Source: Podarcis tiliguerta | Taxonomy: Eukaryota | Direction: 5' to 3' (one strand) | Assembly: GCA_965153285.1 (NCBI GenBank) | Contig: OZ229112.1 | DNA: 64,000 nucleotides | Part shown: piece after piece, positions 46,001-59,963 of the stretch | Position numbering within the stretch: the stretch's first letter is position 1 | How the letters are laid out: every line of letters begins with the position of its first letter | The notes under the pieces: model-generated | Told to the model about the DNA's origin: nothing | Seen by the model: only the letters and a program-made list of their open reading frames with translations | Database searches by the model: none | Program-made: the position numbers and the translations under genes

Positions 46001-48649
46001 TTGCTTTTAGTATCTGTTTTTTAAACTAATGGAAGTAGCACTTCAAGACATTCATTCACACAACCAGGTTTCTCCTACAGTAGGTTGTAATTTATCATGT
46101 GCTGGTGGCACAGATAGAGCTCCCTTATTAAACGAACAGTGCACTCATCTGTCAGGGAAGCTGAGACAGAAAAAACTGATTACCGCTCTAGCTGTGTGAA
46201 TTGGCTATATGGAGTTGCTATAGGCCTCATTAAGGCAATGAAAGTGTGGGTGTTTCCTAAGCACAGATGTACCATATCTCGTCCAGAGAACTCTGAGTTT
46301 AATCAAAATGTAATGCTGTTGTGTAGCTGTATGTCATAGAGTTCTTGAGCACTGTTCTTCAGTGAATTTCTTGCAGTATGTTGCAACTAAAATGTGTGCC
46401 TGAAGCTCTGTTTGCTCAGTACACTTTCTTCCACGTTGTACAAAGGGAGAAAAAGCTTTATATTTCAATCTCTGAGCAGAAGTAAGCTCTTGATTTGACT
46501 TGCAAACAAAATGTTCTTTTGCATTGTTGTGAGTTTGCTTTTCTGCTGTGTTCCAATTCAGGCAACACCTAAGATTTCATGGTAGTTGACTTGTTCCTTA
46601 TTTTGATGATGAATTTTTTGAAATCAAAGGATAGTTAAACTTTATGATGATTCACATTTCCATTGCAGGATGCATACGGAAGAATGGACTGACATGTAAT
46701 TGTATGTACTCACTTGCCTTTTGTAATTAATCTGTCATAGAACCTCCCTCATAATTGTATAACAGTTTGGTTATCATGGAAATTAAGGAGTACTTATGTA
46801 ATAAGCAATTTTATGGCAAATCTGGAAGTAGATCACACCTAATAGTTAACATAACTTATATGTGACTAGTGTAAAAAAATAATGGATTGGATGATTTTCA
46901 AGATGATTTTTCTTTAAATTGTTAAACACATCGCACTCTCAAACAAGTCTAGGAAATCTTGTATTTTTCTCTGAATTTCAGCAGCCCAAAATAAGATGTA
47001 ACTATCATCATGAAATGTGCTTGGTGAAGCACTAGTAGATAAGCAAAACCATTAATGGTTCTACTTGTATATAGGAGAAAGTGAGTCCAGAAAATTTCCC
47101 CCCTATATATTCAGTAATCAGTTACTGTACTCCCATATTTCTGCTAATTTTGGCATGCAAAACTGAGTTCATGAGATTATCAAAGTGAGCTGTTTGTGAT
47201 TGTTGTAGGTAGAGTACTTCTCATTTTATGATAAAAAGAATGAGCTTATGTCTGACAGGAAATATGACTTTCAACAAATTTTTGGTGGGGTGTGCCTCTC
47301 TACTCCCAATGATTGTGGAGACATCTCAGCATATTCAATTACTGCAAAATTTCAACAAGATCCATGACTACGATGAAGCCCTTGCTGATTTTCCCTAAGT
47401 GTTTATTCTCCAAGCTTCATTGGGTTGCAGTTTGCCACCATGTTCCTAAATAAGGTAAAATTTTGTGAAAAATATGGACAGATCATTTGAAAATACGAGG
47501 AGGGTAGGGATTGGCAACAACTGAAGTGAGTGCAGCTTAACTAGAGCAGTGTGGCTTAACGCTACGGAGCTGCAGGTGTATCAAGCATTCAAATAAATTG
47601 CCCTTCTAATCTAACCCTTGGGCAACTGAAAACAGGCCGGACTAAAATGAGATGACTTTTGATAGCCATCAGAAAGTAATGGATGCTAGAGGTTAAGGCC
47701 TTTATCTGCAAACAAAAGTGTATTAATAGTCTAACATCTTTACAAATGCTTCCAATACTAAAACTAACAGTATTTTGTTCACAGTGCCATTGTTTATATA
47801 GGTAGCTTTCCCATAATACTTTGTTATTTCGGTATGGGATCAGTAGCGCCTTATATGTACAGGAGACACACATGTGCGGATATAAACAGGTCACAGATAC
47901 AGTCATCAAAAGAGACATCTGGAAACATTTAAACTGTACAACTCTTCCCTTTTGGATTTGATAGGAAATACTGTTCTTGCAGTGAGAAGAATGCCAGTCT
48001 TTTACCTAAAGTGGCATAAAATGGTTAACAAAATGGGGCACCACCATGAAAAAGCTTTGTGTACACAGAATAACCTTACGTCAAGGTTCTTAGATTCCTT
48101 GTCCAGTGCACCAAATACAAAAATTAAAAAGGCTTTAATTGTTTAAAATGAGACGCTTTTCTCTTGCATGGCCAGATGTCCTTCTGACGGTGCTGGTGGT
48201 GGGTTTTAATGTGCAGCCCAGCTGCCAGACTGAAGACTGTACATTGCTCTAAGCCGTCATTCAGAAACACACGTCACAGCATGACCCAACGTGAATGCAA
48301 TAGATAACCAAGAATGCATTGGTCTTGCCTGTATCCTCTAATCCTCTTATTAGTTGGTACCTGCCTACTGCCCCAGCTTCAGCACTACTGAAAAGCTTCT
48401 CATTCAAGCAGTTTGTGATCAGAAGTGATGAATGGCTTCAAATAGTAAGATGAGGAAGTGGGATTTGGCTGAACTTTAGGGCCAAACCCCGAAGTGGTGT
48501 AGGTTTAGTTGAGGAGGACATCTGTCGCTTTGGCTTTCCTCCCTGATTTCTTCGCTTCCTGCATTGTTGACCATGGCCCAACAGACCTCTTAGGGTTTTG
48601 TTCACTGTTGTGAAAGGTAGTAGCACTGCAGCAGAGTGCTAAGCCAGCA

Positions 48650-48867
48650 CTATGGGGCTTCTCCTTCATTTAAAGTCTGTTCTTCATTTTCAGTCATTGG
48701 GACTGTGTGGTCAGTGCTCCTGCTGCTGCTGTATTGCTTATGAAGCAGACTTCTCCACTTGGTCTTGTTCCTCCTCAGATGGTTCAGCATGTTTTCAGAT
48801 AAGGGTGTGTTCCCAGTAAAGTTGGCCCATTCTTCAAAGAGTGGCTCTACAATGTAGGTCATGAAGC
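48650..48867 (-). CDS. PDE7B: PDE7B last coding exon ([14 protein letters not shown]...NEGEAP*)
   Basis: ttttccctcag|GC acceptor on the minus strand; TAG at 48652-48650. Confidence 0.95.
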
Positions 48868-51800
48868 CTGAGGGAAAACACGAGGCAGAGCATATCAGCA
48901 GCTAAGTCAGCTAGGCCTTCCCGCTAGTACAAAGCTTGAAATAAAACCTGTGGACCATGTTTTCTTCAGCAGTGATGGGGGGCGGGGGTGGGGCAGGGGG
49001 AAGATGGCAACATTGGAGCCTCATGTAGCTTCAGGCCTTCAATTTATTTAAATTTAATGTAAATTTATGTTAATTATGCTGGCAACACCACCAGTTCCTT
49101 CTACGTCAACTCCTTTCTTCTGCTGTTTTCAGCAATGGAAATTGTCTAATAAAAAAGGGCAATGGTATACCACTTGAACTGTGCGGACTTGCCCCATGCA
49201 GAAGCTTGAATTAGTTGTATAATCCAATTTTAAGTTTAAATTGAATTAAATTTGAATTTGTTTAATTCCTGCAGAGACGTTGAGCTAGCTTATCTAGTGT
49301 TGCCCCCTGTCCTGAGAGCTTATTTACTAGTTCAGGAAGTCTTAGGGCTACTTTGCACATTCCAGAAAAGGATATTACAATTGTATATTTTCATGATGAC
49401 CACCGTTATAATGTGAACGGGAACTGGAACTAAGAACTCCTGATAAACATCTGTTCAATATCTGAAACAGTAATTAGAGTTGGGCCATAAATTGTTGCGA
49501 ACTCATTTCATGTGATGCTGCTACTATTATAAAAATATCAGACATCTATCTTTTTGAATTTGATCTCTGGGTAAATTCATATTTAATTACTCAAAGAAGA
49601 CAGACACCAAAACAATTTAATCTGTCATTGATTTTAACCATAGCTGGTCCAACTTTTGCATACTCCAAAGCTCAGAGAAAAGTAGAAGCATTTCTTTGAG
49701 CAAAACATTTAAAGGTCATAACTCTCTTTTGTTTGGCAGGCACAGGACCAAAAGATGATTTATTTTTAAATGGAAAACAACCATTGAGTTATTCAACCAA
49801 CGAGCTTTGTCCTAAAATTCTGTCCTAGACTTAAGAGGATTTTGTAAATAATCTATCCAGGTTTGGGGAGACAATGGAAGTTTTCTGCATCTTAGTGACT
49901 TGAATTATTTGAAAGAGATGAAGGTGAAGTAGATCTCCAATTGCTTATTCAAAATGTGCAAAACTGGGGTGCATCACACCTCTCAACTTCACAGGCGCAT
50001 GTGCTTTGATGTATGCAAAGGGGGAAAGGGGAAGATGTGGAGGATTCCTGGAAAACTACAAACAACTTAGTACTTCACAAATACAGGATTTCAGATTTTG
50101 TTTTCTTGTTAAGTATTTAATTGAGGCTGTGTTGCAGAAGGTAAGCAACAAGGTTCATCTAGAGGCATTTCAGGCAGCACCCTTTTACTGGGTTGGTGGT
50201 TATGAATTCTTTTTTTTTAATTATAGCTACTAATGGAACCAATGTCTGTACCATTTGGAAACAGGAACACTGAGCATGGTGTCTACATTATATCTACTTT
50301 TCTGTCTGGTAAGGAGGCTTCAGGTGGGACTATTCTGGTTCTTCAAAATTTTGCAAAATGGGTTTTGACATAGCAATAGGACATGGGGAAAGGGCTTTTA
50401 CCACCACATGCAGCTCTCCATCTGCTGTCTGTTTCCAGCCTTAAAAATGTCTGAGGCTTCATTTTCATATTTAATCTTTTACTCTCCTACCCCACCCCCC
50501 GCATTTCATTTGTCTGACAAAGCATCAGATCATGCGAGTGAAAGATTCCATACGGCTGATCTGACCTGTATGTACCTTTTTTGTATATACTTTTTTGTTG
50601 CAGCTTAAATTTGTCTTTTGGAGTGTTTGCAAAACTATTTTGACTTTGGGTAACTTTTACATAAATAATCTATTTGTGCTTCATCATTTGGTTTATGATC
50701 AAGCTAATGATGGAAGGCATTGCATACTCACCAATTTGTATACTAGGTATTGTGTCTTTCTGCTGATTACAAAGAGGGCTTACTTCCAAGTCAAATTTCT
50801 TCTCCAGGTCACCTACCAGAAAGAAGGAACAACTTTTGAAGGCTTATCTGGGTGGTTGTGGTTCTTTTGTGTCTGTGTGATATACAGGACACAGGTTAAC
50901 AAGAGTTTAGAAACATCTATTAATATACCAACCACGTTTGAGACTGTAAATGTGCATGCAAACAAACAAAAAGCTTTGTCATTGTCTAGTACTCTTCCAC
51001 TGCTGTCTAAAAGACACATTGTAAATAGCCTTTACAAAACCTTGCATCCTAACAGTGCTATCCTAAAAATGTCTACCAGAAGCCCTGCTGGATCAGAGCA
51101 AAGGCCCATTAGTTCAGTGACTTATTCTTACAATATTTCTACAAACCAGGTACCTATGGGAAGCCTGCAAGCAGGTAATTGGCACATCAGCACTCTCCCC
51201 ATGTCTGCTGCTCCTCAGCAAACCTGTATGATACTGGAGGGTAGGATGCAGCCATCATTGCTAGTAGCCACTGGTCGCCTTATTTTCCATAAATTTATCT
51301 CTAAACTAGTGCTCATTATTACATTTTGTTGTGAATTCTACAGTTTATGTGTTGTAGGAAGAAGTATTTCTTTTTTCCCTGTCTTGAATCTCCCACCATT
51401 CAGCTTCATTTGATGAAAATGGTTTCTAGTATTTTTAGAACTTCTCTCTATCCACGTACTCCACATGATGCGTTATTTTATACATCTGTAGCATATCCCC
51501 CCTTCATCTCCATTTTTCCACACTAAAAAGCTCCAAATGTACCTTTCTTCATAGGGAAGTTGCTCCATCCCCTTTATCATTTTGGTTGCCCCTTTCTGAA
51601 CCTTTTTCAAGCCCTTTCCACCTTTATAAGATCCTTTTTGAGATGGTACAATCAAAACTACACAACATACCAGGTGCAATCACACCATAGATATGTATGA
51701 CAGTCTTGATATATGTAAGGTTTCTTTCTCTTGCTCTTCATTTCTTGCCTCTAATATCTTCCTTGACTCTGCTTGCTATCATCTTGGCTTTTATGGGATA

Positions 51801-54800
51801 CTCAGAAGGAAGTCCCATTGAGTTCCATGGGATGTACTCCCTGGTAAGTGTTAATTTCCCTTAGGAAATTTTACTTAATCCTGGTTTGTGTCATTCAGTT
51901 ACTGGGCTGAAGATTTTTAAAATTTAATTTAAAACAACAACACCACACATTTAATAGAGATTTTGTAATGACTTGTAACTTACCAAATTGTAATTTTGTA
52001 TGACATGTTTGCAATGCCCTTTTGGAACAATTAGGACTATGTGAAGCTCAATGAATAAAAGATAACATGAAACCGTGTGATCTACTGGCATCTCCCTTGG
52101 TGTGCCTGACAAGTGCATTCTAATCATTAGCAACTCTAATGACATGCACAATGCTCAAGATGATACCTCACTTTGGAGGCAAGTAGAGATTTGTCCAGAA
52201 CAGAAAAGTTTGAGTGAGTTGGGTTCATATTGTCCTCAGATGTTATCATACCATATAATATGACCAGGTACCAGTAGACAAAAGCTTGTCTGAAAACCTT
52301 TCTGCTGGTGGTTTGTCACTTGTAAGGACTGCATTTTAAGAATGATACATGCCTGCAGACAAACTCAAGACATCGTTGCCCAATATCTGGTAGTCCAGCT
52401 AATTAAACAGCCTTAGTTCTATTAACTTCTGCCCTTTAATCCTAGCCACTTATTCAACGAGGCCTCAATTCTGTCAGCATATTTTTGTGGGAGGCTTAAA
52501 GTGAGCATTGGGCACTGTGGGATGAGTACATGCCATTTCCCATTAACAAAACCGGATTGAGTGACTGGAAACACAAGGTGAAATGTATGAGCCTGCTGAC
52601 CTTGCCTGTAGAATTCCTCACAAACCCGTTCACTCCACTGTTTGCTCATCTCCCAGAGCCGGCAAGGATTGCAGATGTCTGCACACTTTAGCGCAATCTG
52701 GAAATAAGGACAAGATGGTATGAATGACGCAGTAAAAGATAATGCACTTCATACACTCAAAACGAATGAGTAGTATAGGCCTAATGTCTGTTGTGCCAAG
52801 AACACCACTGTTGTTTATGGGCACAAGGGTTGCTCAGTCCAGTATTAAAAGTTTAATTCAGCACATTTTTTGGGAGTTACTAGATTTTTCATGAATAAGA
52901 ATAAAATGGAAAGGGGAGAAACTTCAAATGAAATGAAACACACAACTTCAAAAGTACCATCTAAAAAGCAAGTGTCCCCCACCCCTTCTAATAACCCACA
53001 GAATACTTGGGTCAAAATAATAATAATAGTGATAGTATAAAACAAAGTCAATTCTAGCATAAAGCAAATACATTGTCTTAAATGTTAATTAACCATTTTT
53101 ATGGAAGGATCATTCTGGATCCAGGTTTGTCCATGGGAACCTTTGTACCTGAAAATTTCCAGAATGCTGCTGCAAAACCATATGTTTTTATTCTGCCATA
53201 TATGATACATTGACTTTGGTATTGCCATTGTCATGATTTTCTGCTAGACTCTAACCCTGAGTTTCCTCCATTTGCCAGCTTTGTTTTCCCACTTTGTAAC
53301 ATAACTGGGCTCCTGCTCAGATATAGGTCAGATAACACACCCTTTAATTTCAGGTGCATAATAATTTTTAGCTGGTTCTGGTCTTAGATTTGTAGATTGG
53401 TGTTTCCAATCTACCCTGAATGTTCCATGAACTTCATTCAGGTGGCCTACAGCAGGTCTGTGAATCCAATCTTTTGAAAACTTTGACCAAAAGTAGACGG
53501 AGCACAAGCTACTTGATATGTTCTAGCATAACTTCAACTTTTTAAAGTTTCTGATAGCTTGGTAGTCCTTATATTAGCATTGCTACTTAATCATAATAAA
53601 CACCAGTTCATTAATCATTTCATTAGATCTTTCAATTAATTAGTCTAAATCCTGAATTAAACCTCATAAGATATTAATCACAAAATTGATCAGTTGATCG
53701 AAGCAAGAGCATTCATATGCAAACACTTAAATCTTGATACACTATTCATTAAGCAACCAGAAAGTGCATTACTCAGTTTAATCAATTTGCTCACTTCTAA
53801 ATTTTATCCCCACAAGTTGTTCATCAACATCAGGAATTTCCCTTCTGAGGTAGAATGCTTTAGCCTATATACTTTGGCTAAAGAAAATCAGGAAGACACT
53901 GTAGGGGAAGAATGCTTGAGTACCATGCTGTGGTCCTAGTGACTTATTTGATTGGGTGAGGGTATATATCAGGACAGCTGTTTTAAGTTGTGTGACTTGT
54001 TCTTTTTATGATTACTAGGTGGCTTTTATTCTCATTTCCCTCATCCCAAATACTGCTTCTGATCACATATGAAATATCTCAGCCCCTGTGAGGAGGAGTT
54101 CATTTTGTTGTCTCCTTTTATCTTTCATGCAAATATGGCTATGCCATGAACATGTGAAATACTATTTTGGTCAAAGAACATTAAGTACAAGGTGTGAGAG
54201 ACTAGAGGCAAGATAGACAGGTAAGCCTGTAATTATGCTTTGGAAGAAGCAGCATCTGCTTCGTGATTTGTTCCTCTGACTCCTCCACAGTAGCAGCTAT
54301 GTTAAGCAGTCTGCAGGCGGGCTTTCCATTTGAAATGGAATAATGATCAAAGCTTTTTTAAAAAGCTAAAAGCTATGAAGTAGGAGGCATCTTCTACTGT
54401 CATTTCTTTTGTTAAGCAATCAGCGCAAGTTATATTTCAGGTTAATAACCATAATAGTGGGACCTTAGTCTGAAGATCCTATTACCTACTGCATTACAGC
54501 TAGAACAACCAATTTGAGTCTTTCTGAGCCTAAATTAGATTTGGCTTTGTCACTGCCCTCTGAAGAACAGCCAAGCGAGATGTGATAGGTAGAATGTAGC
54601 AGATTAGAAATATTTAGGGATGGCTTGGCATTCACTTCTAACAAAGTTAGGGGAAATGATTCTTGATACTGGGCAAAAAGAAGGGCTACCAGCTTCTTTT
54701 CTGGCAGGGCTCTCCTGCCTTTAGTAAGATGCCTGATTAGCAGAAATTGCAGAAGTGAAATGCTTCCTAGTTGGAGATACATTGATTGTCAAAGCTTCAC

Positions 54801-57800
54801 CTGCTGAATTGTGCATGGCAGTCTGCTTAGATGTTCCATGCAGCACATTAGTAGTAGTATGCTGATAAGATAAATAATAAGGCTAGCTAGGTGCAGGACT
54901 GTACTGTATCATTTTCATAGTTAACCAGACACCAGCCATTGATGCATAGGAATATGCAGCATAATTCATTATAACGTCAAGTTCACTGTTGTCTAAATGG
55001 CTTTAGGATACATCTCTCTGGAATAACTTTCAGTGCACACTTGAGTAACAAAAAGTGTTAAATACATCTTTTCTGAGGAGCTACATCAGGTAAGTGGAGA
55101 GGAACAGCAGCACACTTTAACTGCTATATAGTAGCATCTAGCATCTCTGCTGCTATAATGGTATAAATATTCAATAAAATACAATCCAGAACCTCTTCTA
55201 TAATGGAAACAAAATGCATTAAGGGTGAGGCTTTATTTTGATAGAACAAGGGACTTGTATATTTTTGCTGAACTCTTTAGAAGTGGGGAATATCCTCCCA
55301 CCAAAAATAAGTAGTTTAATTGCAGCCTTTTCTACTCAGACATCATCTGCAAAATCCATTTAAGATTTTCATGTGATGCCATTTATTTTTGCTGGTATTT
55401 CTCTATAAAGGGAAGATATTTAGAGCAGAGCTCTGTCTCAGTAACAGAGGCTGACGTACCTTCAGGCTAAAAGTTTACATGCTGCATTAAATGTTCCCAT
55501 AATATATGCAGCCAGATCCTAGTTTAAAGCAACAGAAAATGGTTAGAATTTGGCTGGCATGCTGACATGTTTCCAGTCATCCCATGACCCTGCACATGAG
55601 AATTATTATGTTCCCATCAGCAGGACCACTAATTTTTGAGAAGCCCGGTTCCTGAAATTTGGTACTTGTTTGTGTTCAAGTGCTGAGAGAATCTCTTTGG
55701 AAAGCAAACTATGAATGCCAAATTTTATGCTATATGAATCTCAGAGAGGAAAAGTAATAGAAAATCCAACAGAGAAAAAATATAGGTGAAAACCCCCCAC
55801 TGTCTATCTTGTAGGCAGCTTAATAGGTTGGATAGAACCAAGGCATTCAAGTACTCCCCCACCCCACCCAGCAACCAACATTGTTTATGATGCTCATTGT
55901 TAGAATAGTTAAACCTCAGCCATGTGTAACCAGAACCAGCATCACTTCTCAACAGCCCCTTTATTTCCCTCTACCTTTTCTTGTACAGTGGTACCTCGGG
56001 TTAAGAACTTAATTTGTTCCGGAGGTCCGTTCTTAACCTGAGGTACCACTTTAGCTAATGAGGCCTCCCGCTGCGCCGCCACCGCACGATTTCTGTTCTC
56101 ATCCTGAAGCAAAGTTCTTAACCCGAGGTACTACTTCTGGGTTAGTGGAGTCTGTAATCCAAGGTACCACTGTACTCTACAGGAAAATATGTACATTTAA
56201 TTTCTTCCATCTCAGTTACTATTGTGATTTTTTATATGGAAGTGTATAATACAGTGGCTGGGTTATATGTGCCCCATGGAACACAACCTCAGTGGTCTCA
56301 CTCAATCTAACTAGCCTAGGAATGCTTCCAGATGGAGGGCTTCTAGCACTGCCAAATTATTGCTCTTCTGCTGGAAGGCACAAGTTGACATGTCATTCAC
56401 TGTCCATGTTTCCAGAGGTGTGGCCCTTGTTTGGTGTCAGCATCTTGCTATGTTCTGTCTATACCACGATGGGCCATAGACCAGTGGGAAGTATTGTCCC
56501 CTCCCCTTTACTGACTCCACAGTCACCACACACTTTCTCTTCGCATTTTGAAGCTGGTGCCTTTCATCACCATTTCAGCACCCAGTTTTGAACTGGTGTG
56601 CATGCACTTTTTTTTTCATGGCCAGTTTCGATATTCCACGATAATACAATTGCATAACTTAAAAGAGTGCAATCCAGTGCAAGAGGATCATAGCATTACT
56701 TTCAAGTAAACATTGCTGTGTTTGGGTTCTAGGTCCTTCCTTTTTCTTCACAACCCAGCTAGCAATTTAATGTTTGCCTTTTCTAGGCAGTTTGGCAACT
56801 AGAATTTTGTTACATTGTAACTGTGCTCTTCATATACCAAAAAACTTAAAAGCGCAAACAGCAGTGTGTAGAGAGTGAGGACAACTCCCTCTAGGAGAGG
56901 CAGCAATTTAATTAGGGTGTTTTTAAAGAAAAGGGGCTATGCAAGGACATTACAGCCATCTTCTCTCAACCAAGCAATGCGTTCCTTAGTTCCCTTTCTG
57001 TCCCAGGCATTCTAAAAAACCCTTGCAAACAGAGGATTCCTTGCAACCAGAGAAACTGCTCTTTGTAATTAAGGGGCCAAACAGTTGTGCAGTTGTAAAA
57101 AGAGGAAGTAATTAATTAGGCTGAGCCTTAAAAGAAGTCAGAAAAGTAACACCGGGAATCTTTTACACTACAGTGATGTTCAATAGTTGCTGTTCTGTTG
57201 CCTTCTTTCCCTGTCGTCTCCTCTAATGTTTTGAAACCAATGCCTGCTTGTTTAAATGGCTTTCAAGAAACAAAAAGCCTACACTGGTGAGAGCTTTGCT
57301 AGCTTTTACTTGGGTGCACCAATAAAAATGCACGAACTGTAGCACAATTGTGTTCTGATCTTTTAAAATCATGTAAAAAACAAAACAAAAAACCAGCACT
57401 TTCAGCCTGAGACAAGAGGACTGAAGCCATACAAGATTCCATCTGGAACCACACCTATTGCGTTTATTCAAAAGTAAACCCTGCTGTTTTCAATAGAACC
57501 CCCCTCCCCCCCTTTCTAAGCTCCAGGCAAATAGCAAAGGAGAGAGAATTCCCCTTATCTGCAGTGCAGGACATGAAATGGCTTTGCAACCAAAAATGTA
57601 ATAGCATCTTCAGCATGTCATTTAGCTTCCCAGAATCAACTCCCACTGTGCCTCAGTTTTACTTTTTTCGTGTCTGCAACTGCAGAAGGAATGTGCTGCT
57701 ATTCCACTCCTTTCATCATAAATTTTTGGGAGATAGGTAAAATGACAAAAGTAGTGCTGGGAAATATAGGAAGGTTACAGGATGATGACTGCATTGTTTA

Positions 57801-59963
57801 GCCCTTCTGTTAAATATGAGTAAACAGGGTATATCACTTGCACAATAAATGCCTCCTCTGGGAGCAGCCTAGGTAAACCAGAATACCCCAAACGCTACAC
57901 ATGTTCACAAGCACTTGTTGCCCCTGTATCAATCCTGATGCAACTATATGGCGAGAAAAGCTCTGCTCCATAAGTAGGAGAGAAGTGGCATGCTGTTCCC
58001 TGTTCTGCATGTGTATTACAAAAGGACCCAACATAGAGTGTTTGACAGTTTGTCAAGCCAATCCACACATTGAATGTATGAATACAAACACACACACACA
58101 CACACGGGTTATGTGTTCACAGAAAGAGGTAGGAAAATCTTTACATTTACCTGAAGCATAAAATGCCTGTCAGGAGCATCCTCCATTTTCAAATCCTGAT
58201 TTTTGAGATGAGCTTTCAACCGGATCAGAAATTCGTTCTGCCTGTTGATGTCTGTTGCCAAGATCAGGGAGCCCAGCTGCTGTTCAATATCATGCCTGTA
58301 GTTTAAAAAGGAAAAGTGTGTTTTGAGCAAGGCATTATTAATAATACCTCTTCATATCATCTATCTTCTGGTGTTTGGGGATGCCAATTGTTGTAGCAGT
58401 CCTTATTTAGCGCATCCGGTTTAATGCACCATTGCTGAACTCACATTGGTATACTTCTTCACAATTATGCTCCAAAAGTTTTCTCCCCACTCCCAGAAGC
58501 AAACACTCTAAACTGGTTTAGCAACTATCGACATATGACCACTAACTGCATCCTGGTAATTGGTTAGAATCACTCAATTACTTAATTGGCTCTCTTGTCA
58601 TAACAAGCTCAAATAGCAAGTGGTGAAGGAAAATGTATGGCTTTCCAGAGAAGCTTTTTGAGGCTTTTATGGCAGTGATGGCCAAACTTGGCCCTCCAGC
58701 TGTTTTGGGACTACAACTCCCATCATCCCTAGCTAACAGGACCAGTGGTCAGGGATGATAGGAGTTGTAGTCCCAAAACAGCCAGAGGGCCAAGTTTGGC
58801 CATCACTGCTTTATGCTGACTTTATTTGCAGAGGGATGTTTTACATTACCGTGGTCCAAGATAGAAGGTTCCTATTCATGTATACCTCAGGTAGTGGTTA
58901 TTATTGATTTTTTTATTGAATTTATATATTGCCCTATACCCAAAGGTTAAATGGAATGTAAACAAAATAAGGTAAGCTGGTATTTTTCTCTTTGGTCTGT
59001 CTTATCTGCTGTTACTTTAGTCAGACAATTAACTGTGACATTATTTTGTCCATGAAAAATAGAAGGATGGGAGATTTTTTTTATCCACAATTCCTCCCCC
59101 CTACCGAAATTTGTTCCCATTTCTAAAAGTATATTGTTTCATAAAATGACTTAGTAGTACAGCGAATTGATTAAGGCAGAATCCAAAGACTGAATATTGG
59201 CACGTTCAGCTCAAATGTATGAGGAAAATTAAGCTATTCTAGTGGGTGTGAGCAGCACAAAATTACCTTGCAAAATTACTTTGGGGTCAGAGGTGGCAGC
59301 ATATTTCTCCTTTAATGTGCTTCGCTGTCTCTTCAGCAGCAGCAGAGCTGCTTGTGTTGACTACTGAGTGGTGGCTGTTCCCCCCCAGAATGCCCTGGCT
59401 TGCAGTTCAAGAACATTATTTAGAAATGTTCAACACACAAAAGAGCACCCACAAGGGATGTGTGGTGGTGATGGCCCCAGAATAATAAATTTCTGGGTAA
59501 TTTTGAGAAAATACAATAGCAGTCACTGATTCTCTCTCTCTCTCTCTCACACACACACCCGAAATTTGCCAAACACTCCCTTCCATCACTGCAATTGTTG
59601 AAATGGGAACCATGTTTCATTTCAGATACAAAATTTGTGTGTGTGTGTGTTTCAGCTGAACCCTAGAATGCATGCAATACCAGTCAAACTGGGCGATTTT
59701 AATGTTGAAATTTTACTTTTTTCAGATGGCTATCCCTAGGATGCGTATTTTCTTTCATTCACATCAATACTCTGCATACCTCCCTGTATGCAGGGGAGTT
59801 ACGAAGTAGTCAGAGTCAAAATTTTATGGAAAATACCATGTTTCTTAAGTTTCCTAGTGGATGGTGCTTACCTCTCTTCTGTTGGCAGATGTGCAAGCAG
59901 CCTTGACTCTCGAAGCATGCCTATTGTAGATCTCCAGTGATGATTTTCTAATACAGAGACATT
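48650..59963 (-). CDS. PDE7B: cAMP-specific phosphodiesterase 7B, last five coding exons: complement(join(48650-48867,50732-50812,52601-52697,58151-58295,59872-59963)); 5' part lies beyond the window
   Basis: Class I PDE catalytic motifs [80 protein letters not shown]. All junctions are GT-AG and in phase. Convergent with MTFR2 as in mammals. Confidence 0.96.
50732..50812 (-). CDS. PDE7B: PDE7B 81-nt exon [27 protein letters not shown]
   Basis: Translated by hand (not in the ORF track); tggtag|GT acceptor, TTG|GTGAGT donor. Confidence 0.95.
51075..51700 (-). mobile_element. CR1 LINE fragment with ORF2 C-terminal remnant
   Basis: [23 protein letters not shown] matches the CR1 LE.VQRRATKMI.GLE.L.YEERL motif; 3' end homologous to the 21519 copy. 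Confidence 0.85.
52601..52697 (-). CDS. PDE7B: PDE7B 97-nt exon [32 protein letters not shown]
   Basis: tttccag|ATT acceptor, AAG|GTCAGC donor. Confidence 0.95.
55986..56172. mobile_element. Tc1/mariner (Tigger-like) MITE
   Basis: TA|CAGTGGTACCTCGGGTTA ... TAATCCAAGGTACCACTG|TA; reverse-orientation relative of 23248-23473. Confidence 0.9.
58151..58295 (-). CDS. PDE7B: PDE7B 145-nt exon [23 protein letters not shown]...HFMLQ
   Basis: Lies within ORF 58109-58330; ctacag|G acceptor, CAG|GTAAAT donor. Confidence 0.95.
58673..58808. mobile_element. hAT-type MITE (near-perfect palindrome)
   Basis: TIRs CAGTGATGGCCAAACTTGGCCCTC / GAGGGCCAAGTTTGGCCATCACTG; 8-bp flanks ttttatgg/ctttatgc. Confidence 0.92.
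59872..59963 (-). CDS. PDE7B: PDE7B 92-nt exon [30 protein letters not shown]
   Basis: cctccag|AAT acceptor, GAG|GTAAGC donor. Confidence 0.95.

Noticed and set aside
50595-51413. 272-aa plus-strand ORF, the longest unexplained one
   Set aside because: It has a non-ATG start, runs antisense over a PDE7B exon and into a CR1 remnant, and shows no recognisable domain. Most likely a chance open frame.
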